From Mytilus trossulus (lineage: Eukaryota), in contig NC_086381.1 in the NCBI RefSeq assembly GCF_036588685.1, forward strand, positions 59,892,001 through 59,956,000: a stretch of 64,000 nucleotides of DNA. The letters run 5' to 3'. Numbering within the stretch: the stretch's first letter is position 1; each line of letters starts with the position of its first letter. A program made the position numbers and the translations under genes. The notes beneath the pieces are model-generated. The model worked only from the letters and a program-made list of their open reading frames with translations, was not told the origin of the DNA and did not search any database. Shown here piece by piece: positions 48,273-59,800 of this stretch.

Positions 48273-49916
48273 CTATTTCGTCTTGAATACTGATATTGTT
48301 CTACCGTTAATATTTGCAATGTAAACTTTTGATAGTTTCTCATTGTAAAAAAATGCAAGAGGTGTGAACAAACTATCTGGTGATAAAATGTCGACTAAGG
48401 TTCCAGAAGATGTGAGAATATGAATGTTTTGTGAATCCCGTCCAAGAACGAGTAAATTGTCAGCATCATCAATTTGAATACCTCGTGCATCTCGAAGATC
48501 GGGAGAAGTATAAGAGAAAACAGGCTCTCCAGCTGACGTAATGCATTGGACTTCATTGCTGGTTGAATAACAGATGTTTCCATTTGAGCAAACGGAAATG
48601 TAATAAGCGAAATCATCTACGTTTTTCAATTGTATTGTTCTAACAAAATTTCCACGTAAGTCTAGAACATTTATTTTCCCTCCAGATCCGATATATATGT
48701 TCTCTTTTGTTGCAGCAACACCATAACGTTCACCTTGTTTCACTTCAACCTGCTTTAATATTTTATGTCTATCTATATCGATCAACTGTATGTACTGATC
48801 ATATCCACTAGACATAACAGCAGTTGTTTTTCCTGGTATTGCTGCTATATCCCACGGTTGGTATTTAGAGTTGATATATGATTGGTAGGTATCGTTTTCA
48901 TCACAAAAATAAACCTTGTGAGTTTTAACATCACAGAACATCAATATTTCATCATCTGATATTGTGATGCCAGTTACTCCATTCAACTCTTCTCCTTTCA
49001 TGTCAATGTCATAGAGATAGGTAAGCGATTTAATGTTTTGCTTCAGAACGACTGGAACCTGTGACTGCCTCTGCTTGTAAGGGACAGTTGAAACTGAACT
49101 AGGGGTTTCCTTCAATTCTATTGAACCGATATCCGTTAAATATTCTTTCGAATGTTTTTCTATAAACTTTAGGCTGGTGTCTACAAACGATTCTGTCAGC
49201 TGTTTCACTTTGTTTTCAATGTCATCTAAGATTGGTTTAGACGAATGAATTGAAACAAATGCTTGTTTCTCAGAACAATGATCTCTTACAAATTCTAAGG
49301 CTTCCTTTTGGGCTTTTGTTAATTTTACCAATTCACCTATATCTTTCTCATGACGTTTAATAACAGTCATATCTTTGTTGTTCAATTCGGTTAGTTGTTT
49401 CAGAAGCGACTTTTCTAAAGATTCCAAGTGTTTGATGAAATTTTCTTTTGCTTTCGCTATTTCTTTCCGAATTTTAGTTTCTCCTAGTTCTAATCGACTA
49501 CTATTTTCTTTCCGATTTTTTTTCATTTTTTCTAATGTTTCTAAAATAAAGTGCAATTGTTCTTCAAAATCCAGGAATGCCTGTGACTTTTTAAAACGTT
49601 TTGATGCAATATCGATTGATGATATGTTTTTGCAAGCTCGATGATCTTTTGGCAAACATTCCTTACAGCAAATAACATCATGATCAACACAAAAATAATC
49701 AAAAAGCAAATGTTGATGCTTTGAACAATTATAGGATAGATCAATTTTGTTTGGTATTTTACCTATTTCAACCAAATGGTGACTTCGAGACATTTTTTGA
49801 ACTTTGTGAGCTTCTGTACATTCAGAACACAGTGCTTCTTCACATTCGGTACACCATTGAAAGGCTGATGGAGTCTTTCCACGTGCAGTGCAGGGTTCGC
49901 AATATTGGGCTGCCAT
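48273..49916 (-). CDS. RING-less TRIM-like protein paralogue (547 aa, one coding exon)
   Basis: Aligns without apparent gaps to 39508-41151; 75 of the first 100 residues identical by manual count; same domain order. Confidence 0.93.
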   Translation of the reverse strand: MAAQYCEPCTARGKTPSAFQWCTECEEALCSECTEAHKVQKMSRSHHLVEIGKIPNKIDLSYNCSKHQHLLFDYFCVDHDVICCKECLPKDHRACKNISSIDIASKRFKKSQAFLDFEEQLHFILETLEKMKKNRKENSSRLELGETKIRKEIAKAKENFIKHLESLEKSLLKQLTELNNKDMTVIKRHEKDIGELVKLTKAQKEALEFVRDHCSEKQAFVSIHSSKPILDDIENKVKQLTESFVDTSLKFIEKHSKEYLTDIGSIELKETPSSVSTVPYKQRQSQVPVVLKQNIKSLTYLYDIDMKGEELNGVTGITISDDEILMFCDVKTHKVYFCDENDTYQSYINSKYQPWDIAAIPGKTTAVMSSGYDQYIQLIDIDRHKILKQVEVKQGERYGVAATKENIYIGSGGKINVLDLRGNFVRTIQLKNVDDFAYYISVCSNGNICYSTSNEVQCITSAGEPVFSYTSPDLRDARGIQIDDADNLLVLGRDSQNIHILTSSGTLVDILSPDSLFTPLAFFYNEKLSKVYIANINGRTISVFKTK

Positions 49917-51769
49917 ATTTCTATAATAAAAATAATTTTAAAAATGTGCTATTGTGAATATCAAATTCTTAAAGGATTTATCTTATAAAAAAATAGCGTG
50001 TCATCTTCATATAAATGACCATGATATGGTTATTTTTTTCAACTGAATTCCAAAGAACAATGAAGAAGTGGATACAAAATTTTACACACAAAGATTTTCT
50101 TTGTTCATATGGAACTTTCCTGCTCTATTGAATGTGTCAATAGTGATTTTGAGACGATATGGCCAAATTGCCTTTAATGTGCTTTAATGATGCAATTGAA
50201 TCACCGTGGTTGAGTTAAGACGAATTCAGCTGTCTAAAAGAACAGAGTGTTCAAATTTGTTAAAGTTTCATAATACTTGGCGGTATTTTATAGGACACGA
50301 ACTTGTTCAACCACAGTTTGTCTGTGAAATAGATATGATATAATTGTTTGGATAACAAATATAGTTTCATTAAATGACAAATATTGATTATATGTTTCAA
50401 TTGATTTATTTGTTTTCCGTTGATGTTTGAATATAAAAGAGTTCATTGTTTTCTCTTTTGATAGCTTTCACATTTAAATGGCTGTTTTATTTGACAGTTT
50501 ATCTATTACTATACGATACGTGCTTTTCATTGTTGAAGGCTGTATGATGACCATAAGTTGATGACATCTTTGTTCCATGCCAACTTGTAAATTGTTGTTT
50601 CAAAATGAATCAAGCAAAATCGGCTTATTTTTTATATAAACGCCGACAATTCACAAAACGAGCGACAAGGAAAAGGAAATAAGCCGCTCACACCAATAAC
50701 GGGATTGGTTAATGGGAGTACAAATAAATTTTAAAAAATATGATATACATGTATGTGTCATTTAAACAACTCTTAATGCAAGTCAAACGGTTTTTTTTAG
50801 TTTTCAAATTTAAGTACTGTCTTCATCACGGTGCCTTGGCACACACCGAATAGTGGCACAAGGTCATGCGTTTCATAGGTGTTTTAAACATCTTCACACT
50901 TCATCCACGGACTGGTATTGATTGATAGTTTAGTCCGGGAGAACGTAGTTTATTTATAGTGTATTGGCTTTGTTGTTCTGTGCCTATTGTTTATATTCTA
51001 TTTGGTTTTGTGCCTCAAACATATTTTTTAAGATGAGTCAGTGGCAACTAATTTTTATAGTTTGTTCTTGTGTTGTGCTGTTACACCACTGTCTCATCTT
51101 GGGAGAGGGTAGAGTGCTAACAGAAATGTTTCATTCCGCCAAAATATGTTTATGCCTGTACCGGTAGTTCAGTGATTGTCGTACATGTAGGTTTATGTCA
51201 TTCATTTGTGTTTTCTGTATTTTTTTATTTATAAATCAGGCCGCGAGCTTTTATTGTTTAAATTGTTTAATACTTGTAATTGCGGTGCCTTTCAAAGACG
51301 ACGATAAGATATTGGATTTCCTCATAGTTGACGACAGTACGGCTTCCTATAATTGCTTACACTTACTTTATTTGAACTTTCATGGGTATTTTGAGAAATA
51401 GGCGCATTCGTCATTCGTACCAAAATATGCTTCGATAAACGCTTTTGCAATCAATAAATTTACAAAAATAAGCATTCAAATCATAAGTGTGTGCATCATT
51501 GTCAATTTTTAAGACTCAATTTGAAGAATATTGAATTAACGAGAAGAAGTAAATACCTTCAACAAAATGGCTACCAGGAAGCTTTACACCTGTGTTGTCA
51601 AGGTGCGATCGATATACAAATGTATGTACTAGTATAGTGTAGTATTTAAAGGTACACTAGTATTATAATTTGAAATGTCCCTTACGAAGAATTATGAACT
51701 TAATAAAGTAAACATAGCTTCATTACTATCAATATGTTTATCTCTTTTATTGAACACAGACACTGTAAA

Positions 51770-51972
51770 CTCGGTAATCACATAATCACCATTTTTTTGC
51801 CAATATAATCACATAATCATTAAATATTTGCTTATCTTTAGTAATCAAATAATCATAAACTAAAAATACAATCCTAGGTAATCAAATAATCATGAAATAT
51901 TTGGCTTAATAATCAAATAATCATTAAAAAACGGCCAAGTAATCACATAATCAAAAACCCCATGAGGGCCCT
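51770..51972. repeat. Array of aatca(c/a)ataatca motifs ending in atgagggccctc, probably a transposon end
   Basis: About six copies of taatca.ataatca between 51775 and 51953. Confidence 0.55.
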
Positions 51973-52448
51973 CAGAGATCTTAGTCCCCTTTATGTTAAC
52001 TGTTTTATGGTCCCTGATTTGTTCATTTTGTTTCTGATCAAATGGCTTAACAATACCAGTGTTAGTTATAATATCTCACGCATTATTCCTTTAAGTTTAA
52101 TGAATACAATTGACCATCTTTGTTATCATAAACAGCTGTTATATTCCGTGTTAATTAATATGATTTTACATCAAAACACATCATAACTATTACAACCTTC
52201 ATATTTTGACCTGCTATACAGATTTGATTATCATAGAGGTACTCGGTATCTAACTTTCATATTTGGTTTATTTTTTATCGATCTGATGTTTAAGTAACAA
52301 AGAGAATTGGACAACAATCCTAGCAATAAAACTCATATAACTTTTACCAATATAGATCTGAGTTATTCCGCTTTGTTTGACGAATAACATCAAATGTTTA
52401 AAGGTAAAGACACAATATGCATTAATATACTTAATAAAGACGACTTTT

Positions 52449-52586
52449 CAGTGGCGGGTCCAGGGAGGAGGGATTTCAGACGATCAATGAATTTTAATGA
52501 GGACATATAAGGTGGACCCCCTTCCCGTTATCATGGGTTTAGACCCCCCCCCCCCAACCGTTTTTAAATGGCTGGTTCCGCCTATG
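52449..52586. mobile_element. Short hAT-like MITE
   Basis: cagtggcgggtccag / ctggttccgcctatg TIRs; ctttt on both flanks. Confidence 0.65.
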
Positions 52587-53237
52587 CTTTTGTATGTTTT
52601 AGTGAATCTTTTCCTGCGCGTTGCCTTGGATAAATTGTGCATGATTTGTATCAGATGCAGATTAGTCGGTTTGTAATCAAATGATTAGATGATAGACGAA
52701 ATTTGAATTTATAATACAGATGATTTTTGTACAACGATTTTGTGGTTCTGGTCTGGTCTTAAAAAAATGAACATGATTTATAAGATGCAGGTGTATAACT
52801 ATATGAACATTAGTATTTCTTGTCAATAATGAATTTGCACAATGAATATTCTTATATTTAATTAATATCACTTTAAACAACTAAAACAGGGGCAAAATGG
52901 GAAATCACACAATTTTTACAATTCTCGAATCTGTAATCTGCCTGAACATATCTTTACAAACGAAACCGGCTGCAAGAATATGATAATTATAATATCTATC
53001 CTGAAAAATGCATCTGTGGCGAGTACAGGAGTAGAAAACTCTAAATACAAAATTCATCTGCATCGGCAAAAACATTCTATTGTATATTACCCACGTATAC
53101 CGAATTTGTAATGTTTTCTTTCGTTTTAGTTATTTCTGGCATAGTAAATGATTACCAATTTTAAAATTGGTCAAGAAATAAAAAATAAGAACAAAATGAA
53201 CAAAAAATAAAGAATACAGAACAATTGGGTGTTTTAA

Positions 53238-53376
53238 TATACAGAATAGAGTATAAGAGGAGAAATGATATACAGAATAGAGTATGAGAGGAGAAATGAT
53301 ATACAGAGTAGAGTATAAGAGGAGAAATTATATACAGAATAGAGTATAAGAGGAGAAATAATATACAGAATAGAGA
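53238..53376. repeat. Minisatellite, ~30-bp unit x4.5
   Basis: atatacagaatagagtataagaggagaaat(g) repeated. Confidence 0.92.
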
Positions 53377-54119
53377 AAATAACCGTATCAATATAAAAAT
53401 AAGAAATGAAGCCCTATCCTGTCTTTCCAGACACTTAAATATAACGCATCCGAAACTTATGTCGCAGGTTTGAACTTCTCTTTTAAGGTAATCATTCTTT
53501 ATTTCTGTTATAGTTACTTTTCATGTATTAATTTCTGGTGATATATCCATATACCAAACATCAAAATCAATTGATTCGTACTTGAAGGAAAAAAGTGTGG
53601 AACACTTTTTTTTTTATTGTGATTTTTTTTCTTATTCCAAGAGCCATATATGATCAGCAAAGTCCGTCTACCGGAACGAAACCCGTACTCCATTTGTGAC
53701 TTCTTGTGACCTGACTATAAACCAAATAGCTCTTATTTGCAGAAAAAAGTTTGGCAAACTGATGTTATCGAGCAAGAGTTTGTTTCAAATGACCACAACT
53801 TTATTCGACACAAATCGCTCAACCCTCAAACTTAATCTGTAACTTTCTACGATCTGACTTTATTTTCCAAATATTAAACCAATGGATAGAAGCATTACAT
53901 GAAAAAGTGCGGCAAACTTACCGAACAAACAGAGTGCATAACTATATATAGTCCCCTTTATGGGCGAAGGGAAATTCATAAAATGGGATGTCAGCTTTAC
54001 ATGAATGAGACAGCACCCTAGCAACACGAATTACCGAATGACAAACGCATCCGTAATGAGGTTGCAACTTTAAAAAAAAAATGGAATAATATTATCTGGT
54101 ACATTTAAGTAAGAGTGAG

Positions 54120-54730
54120 TGATTTTAGTTTGTGCTGTTACACCACTGTCAATGTTAAAAAAAAAGGTATGGCGCCATATAACTAGTTAAACACGCATTC
54201 TGTGTGTGCCTGTCAAAAGCCAGAAGCCTATAATTCAGTGTTTGTCGTTTATTGTTGTGTTATATATTTGTTTTTCGTTCATTATTATTTTGCATAAATA
54301 AGACCGTTAGTTTTCTCCTTTTCGTTGTTTTACATTTGTAATTTTGACCTTTTATAGCTGGCTATGCATGGGATATGGGTTTTTAAACATATTTGTTTTT
54401 CGTTCATTTTTTTACATGAATAAGACCGTTAGTTTTCTTGCTTGAATTGTTTTACATTGTCTTTTCGGGGCCTTTATAGCTGACTATATGCGGTATGGGC
54501 TTTGCTCGTTGTTGAAGGCCGTAAAGTAACCTATAATTGTTAATGTTTGTGTCATTTTGGTCTTTTGTGGATTGTTGTCTCATTGGCAATCATACCACAT
54601 CTTCTTTTTTATATTTACTCATTGTTGGAAGCCCATACGGTGACCTACATGCAGTTGTTAATGTCTGTGTCATTTGGTCTTTTTTGAGAGTTGTCTCATT
54701 ATCAATCATACCTTATATTTCTTATTTTTA
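54120..54730 (+). repeat. Cluster of partially duplicated mussel-type interspersed repeats
   Basis: Multiple agaccgttagttttct / cctttatagctg / gttgtctcatt modules, as at 10525-10695. Confidence 0.75.
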
Positions 54731-56243
54731 TACGTAATGATATATCCACTAGAAGAATAGTCGAACATTAGCACTGTCTAACAAAATTATAAGTTGACCT
54801 TAGATGGCTTACTATTGGTCTCTTTGTGTCCGTTAATTTTTGTGCTCTCCAATATTTCAATTGTTTGATTTCCCAAATTTTCTGACTATATAGTTTACCC
54901 CAATGATTGAGGAGACACGAGTTATGCACTTTCTCTAAGGTTTTTAAACAGGTATTGATGTAAGTTTTCGATGAAAAAGAGGCAAAAATTCTACAACAAT
55001 ATAAATCACCGTAAACAAAGATATTGTGTCATGTGACCAAAATTATACCGTTTTATTAGCAAAAGTAAATCATTCTCGCTTCAAGTTTTTATAAAGATAA
55101 GACCGTTGGTTTTCTCGTTTCATCAGTTTTACACTTGTAATTGTTGGGACCCTTTATAGCTTGCTGGTCGGTGTGAGCCAAGGCTCCGTGTTGAAGGCCG
55201 TACCTTGAACTATAATGGTTTACTTGTATAAATTGTTTATTGGATGGAGAGTTGTCTCATTGGCACTCATACCACATCTTCCTATATCTACATAATTGTT
55301 AATTTCTATGTTATTTGGTCTCTGATAAAGAGTGTCTCATTGGCAATCAAATCATATCTTATGTGTGTACCCAGAACACTGAAAACTATGGGAAAATACA
55401 TAGCTTTCTTGTTAAAATGTATTATAACGATAGACTTTAACCACGTAGTTTTGCTGAATAGTCCAGGCTTGCATGATATATAAATTTGCTTGTGAAGTGA
55501 AACAGCCGATCTTCCGAGGCACATGAGTTAATCTTTAGTTATCTGACAGGTCCCTGGCGGTCAACTTTTAGTGTTTTGCGGAAAGTGCTTTTCTTTTATT
55601 TTCAATACTGTGAATTACCAAATTAATGGACCAGAAGTAAATTCCTTTAGTGGTCTCTTGTCTCTTTTTGCTGAAGTGCTAAACTCAATAGAATAAAAAA
55701 CAATTTAACATCAAAATCAACCAGTAAAGGAGTATTATCGATGCAGTGGTATGATATTTCCCTGTTATCCCGGGACAGTTTGTTATAACTAATAGGTTTT
55801 TTTCCTGTAATGATAATTATTGTACATCCTTTTGTTATTTTACTGGCAGGGTCTGAAAAGGGATCGAAAGGAGAAGAGTGTTGAAATATTCATGGATGTG
55901 TTTATCTTTACAATTCTTGTCTTGGCATATTTTATACACTGGTCTACTGTTGAAGGTGGTATACCCAAATACTTGATGTCTCCTTATTTTTTGTGCATTA
56001 ACAAGCTGAGAATTGTCAAATTTGATACATAGTTTTTATTTTCAAAACATTATGAATTTACAATCATGAATGATGATTTCAATGAAAAGGCAGAATTTAA
56101 GAGTATTTCGGTACATTCATAAATTTTGGTAAAATTTAACCCGTTTATATCCATATTACAATACTTAAAACAGTATTTGATTTATATTTTTTCACATGAA
56201 CTTACATATGTACAAAATTTACAACACACTTGAATAAAAAAAA

Positions 56244-57617
56244 TTACATTATCAATCGTTCTTCGAATTCGAAGTCCTTGCTTAACACAAGTTCAAGATT
56301 TCTTGATGCTCGTTTCAGTTTGTTTTTCTGGTCTTGTCTTTGGCGACGGATTTGCCATGATTTAAGGTGTACGCTGTTTATTCGACACACTTCCATCGAT
56401 GAAACGGATTTTTCTTTAAATGTTTCTTCAATTCCTGAAAACCGAACTTCTCTTTCAACGAAAGAGCCAACCCTGGTTAAGTCTCCTTCACTTTTACTTC
56501 CCGCTAAAATCGGCGCTAAAATCTTAAAGTCGCACGAGCTATAACACGAGTCGCAGTCCTTTCCTCGCCTTCTATTCACATTTCTGTGTCGTCTACGCAT
56601 TATCTGAAAAGAATTTTCTTGGATGCTCGAAGTTCTGAAGAGATTGTTCATTGACGGAGAGCCACATTCAAATGATTCGTCACTGAATACCTCACATTTA
56701 TCGTCACTGTGACGAAGACTGTCTAAAATGTCATCACATGATCTGCTTTGAAATTTGGAGTGTGCTTGTATTGGACGAACCTCGCTGTCTTCCGAAAGGA
56801 GTGAGATTCCGGAATCTCTATAAACAGACTTCCTAAAGTTATTATCCTTTTGTCCACTTCCACACACAAGTGACATCCACGATTTTCTATTTTCCTCTTT
56901 TTTATTTTGTTTTGGAGATGATTTGTCAGGTTTCATTGAAACGGCTTGATTGTTTTCGAAATCTAAATTTTTTTGACTCCCGCACATCAAAGACATCCAT
57001 GACAGTCGTTTGTTTTGTGAAGAAATCGGAGATTCTGTTATGTTTTCTATCGGAGATTCTGTTATGTTTTCTATCGGAGATTCTGTTATGTTTTCAATCG
57101 GCGATTCGGTTATGATTTCAATCGGCGATTCGGTTATGATTTCAATCGGCGATTCGGCAATGATTTTAATATCATCTAACTCATTTTTACTCGGTATTGC
57201 CGGTTTTGTTTTGTCGTTTTCTTCTTTAACTTGTTCTTGTTGAATATTCTTTGTACTTTTGTCATTATCTTCCTGTTTATTTGACAATTTCTCTAGCATA
57301 GGGGCTTCTTCCTTTGGATCATCAAAGTCAAAATTATTCCTTCCACACATAAATGACATCCAAGATTTTCGATTTTCCGATTTCCGTGATTTTTCAGCTT
57401 TGCGAGATTTTAAGGGAATTTCCGGAAGATTGGAAGGAATTTCGTACGTGAAATCAACATCAAAAGAATGATAAGAGGAATCTAGACCTTCGATGTTTCT
57501 GATTATATCTGTTACATCCAAGATGCTGCGTGGTCTGCTCTTTTTCTGTGTTTTTCTTTTTGACGTTCTCCATTTCGAAACTTTTAGAAATGTAGTTAAG
57601 GATTCTCCGATAGTCAT
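56244..57617 (-). CDS. Uncharacterised 457-aa, largely disordered Ser/Glu/Lys-rich protein with internal repeats
   Basis: 1374-bp open frame in AT-rich DNA; acceptor ttttgtcttcag|G-ATG at 57619; upstream non-coding exon donor at 58217; AATAAA on the minus strand at ~56040; 24-bp tandem repeat kept in frame. Confidence 0.8.
   Translation of the reverse strand: MTIGESLTTFLKVSKWRTSKRKTQKKSRPRSILDVTDIIRNIEGLDSSYHSFDVDFTYEIPSNLPEIPLKSRKAEKSRKSENRKSWMSFMCGRNNFDFDDPKEEAPMLEKLSNKQEDNDKSTKNIQQEQVKEENDKTKPAIPSKNELDDIKIIAESPIEIITESPIEIITESPIENITESPIENITESPIENITESPISSQNKRLSWMSLMCGSQKNLDFENNQAVSMKPDKSSPKQNKKEENRKSWMSLVCGSGQKDNNFRKSVYRDSGISLLSEDSEVRPIQAHSKFQSRSCDDILDSLRHSDDKCEVFSDESFECGSPSMNNLFRTSSIQENSFQIMRRRHRNVNRRRGKDCDSCYSSCDFKILAPILAGSKSEGDLTRVGSFVEREVRFSGIEETFKEKSVSSMEVCRINSVHLKSWQIRRQRQDQKNKLKRASRNLELVLSKDFEFEERLIM
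57022..57160 (-). repeat. Coding minisatellite, 24 bp x ~6 (ESPIE[I/N]IT)
   Basis: atcgg.gattc.gttatg.ttt. repeated; translates in frame. Confidence 0.95.
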
Positions 57618-58217
57618 CCTGAAGACAAAATAACATGAATATTAATCAAATTAATAAGAACAAATTGATATCATAATTTAACAACATCTAATTCTTGAAT
57701 GAGCGGAAGTTAAATTGTGCACAGAAACATGAATGCGAGCGTAGCGAAAACATTTGATACAAGTATATGTACTAATTTATGCTATATCAATACATGTACA
57801 TGTACATAGTTATAATTGTGATAATGATTAATTTACTTTATGTTCATGTATCACTCTCATTTTGTTTTAGTTTTTGGTCCCTCGGTTTTTTTAAGCTGCA
57901 TAAACAAAATCTCATGGGTTGTCCATGTATAGTCTTATTTAGATTATTCTTTAAAATACTAACAAATTAGAAATTCATATTTAATAGTAATGCTTTAAAT
58001 CAAACTAATACTTAAAAACAAAATCAAAAATTAAAAACAAATTTTTTATCGAGGAAGAATATTTTAAAATTAAAAAAAGTTAAAACATTTCAATTTTCGT
58101 TTAAAAGTTAGAAATGTATCTGATTCTTTCACCTGAAATAAAATAACATATTTTAAAATTAAATAAACTAAAATTGTAATGTTCGTTTTAAAAATTATAA
58201 TTTGTAGAACTTCTTAC

Positions 58218-58481
58218 CTGAAATGATATAAAATAAACCCTGTTTACAACCGTCCGTAGTAAATTGATGTTACGGTGTCAACTTCTTGAACCAGAATAAA
58301 CTATATGAATGAACTTCAAAGGTTTATATATTTAGTGGTCGGGATTTCCCGCTTAAATCTCAATTTTCTCGATGTAAATATTTTCTCTCGTTTGTTATGA
58401 TAATACGATAGTTTATTTATGGCTATCCATCGCGTATACCCATTGACCCTAGTTCTGTTGTCACACGACCCCCTTGAGTCA
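58218..58481 (-). promoter_or_regulatory. Candidate first exon and proximal promoter of the orphan gene: TATA, NF-kB and AP-1 sites
   Basis: Donor CAG|GTAAG at 58218/58217; TATATAAA at 58330-58323; GGGATTTCCC at 58341-58350 (matches GGGRNWYYCC); TGAGTCA at 58475-58481. Confidence 0.6.
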
Positions 58482-59424
58482 TCTGGATAATTAGGTTATT
58501 GTACGGGGTAGCCGTATTGTGGTCAGTGGAGTACTTGAGTTTAAGCAAATACTTACATAACCAAAATCTTTGATTAGATTCATTTTGACGTATTTTGGAA
58601 GTTTCAATGACCTGTATTTATTTACATTGCTATGGACTACTGGTAATTTTAAACCATGTTAGGAGACGCCCCATTTTTACCCCAGGGATGGTTGCTGATG
58701 TAAGACGTAAGTGTATGCATCTACCCGTGAAATTATACAAGTACTGATTGATTTACATCTGCCTGTCCTTTCACTTTCTGTGTATAAAAAAGTATGTATA
58801 AACATCTTCCATTTATCCGTAGATTTTTACGATTTTCCGAAAAAGAAAAGGAAGATTTTTTAATTGTATATAAATAGTAATATTTTATCAGTGATTCACT
58901 GGCAATATCATATCACCAAAAGATAAAATTACTTTTTTAAATCAAATAACATTTCGACCTTGATATGTGCACGTGTCAAATCTGAACGCAATTTAAATGT
59001 ATTGTTATCGAATTTTAAATAATGAAATAAACACCTGAAAGGGGCGTCATTTCCTAAATTTAACAAATTCAAAGAGTTAATTGAATCGGATAACAATTCG
59101 GTATGTAGAGCAGAAGATAATCGATGGTATTTCCTGATGAATTCCAATGCCTTTACTTTACATGTACTGACATTCGCACTTAAGTATAATACCAATTTTA
59201 CGCAAAGGTCCATACAAAATATACGTTTTGTTTTTTACCTTATTTAAAAAAAAATCATTGCAAATTTTATTTTCAATTTATTTTCATTTTTTTTTAAATT
59301 TTAAAATGACAAGATGCAAATATAGCGACGAAAACAAAAGGTTGGTATATTTATTGTTTAACCTTATAAGAACGATAGTGGAAAACGGTTTTAGAAGGAA
59401 GACCCCCCCCCCCCCCCCCCCCCT

Positions 59425-59800
59425 CGGTAGTATCGTTCTGCCATACTCGCTTGGATTCCCGGGTGGGTTGGTGGTTTGGGAAGTCGTGGATTCAATCCAC
59501 AGAAGGGTTAAATAGAAGACTTGAATTTTTGCATATGTTGCTTCAGCTTCTGCTAGAATAAGCAGAAATGAGGGCAAAAGGCAGACTGATCAGCTCGGAG
59601 TCTGATTAGTGACATTAGTGAATGTGCATAGGAATAGTGGGACATATCTTTCTTGTTTTAAAACTAGCTCATAAAAATCCAGCCGATCATGAACATTTTG
59701 GTATAGTACAAAACTAATATCTCATATAAAATTATCATAATATTTCCATGATTTTGTCCTGAAATTCGTGTTTTATTTGCACGCTAGAGACTAAACACCA
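59425..59800 (+). mobile_element. Degenerate SINE (Meta-domain-like)
   Basis: tRNA-like head remnant (gtggattcaatcc), then ggttaaatagaagactt..tgttgcttc..ctgctag..agactgatcagctcggagtc..gacatatct..ctagc.cataaaaatcca..ggtatagtacaaa. Confidence 0.5.

Noticed and set aside
53238-53376. CRISPR-like arrays (also 27300-27505 and 57022-57160)
   Set aside because: Head-to-tail repeats without unique spacers, no cas genes, and a eukaryotic context.
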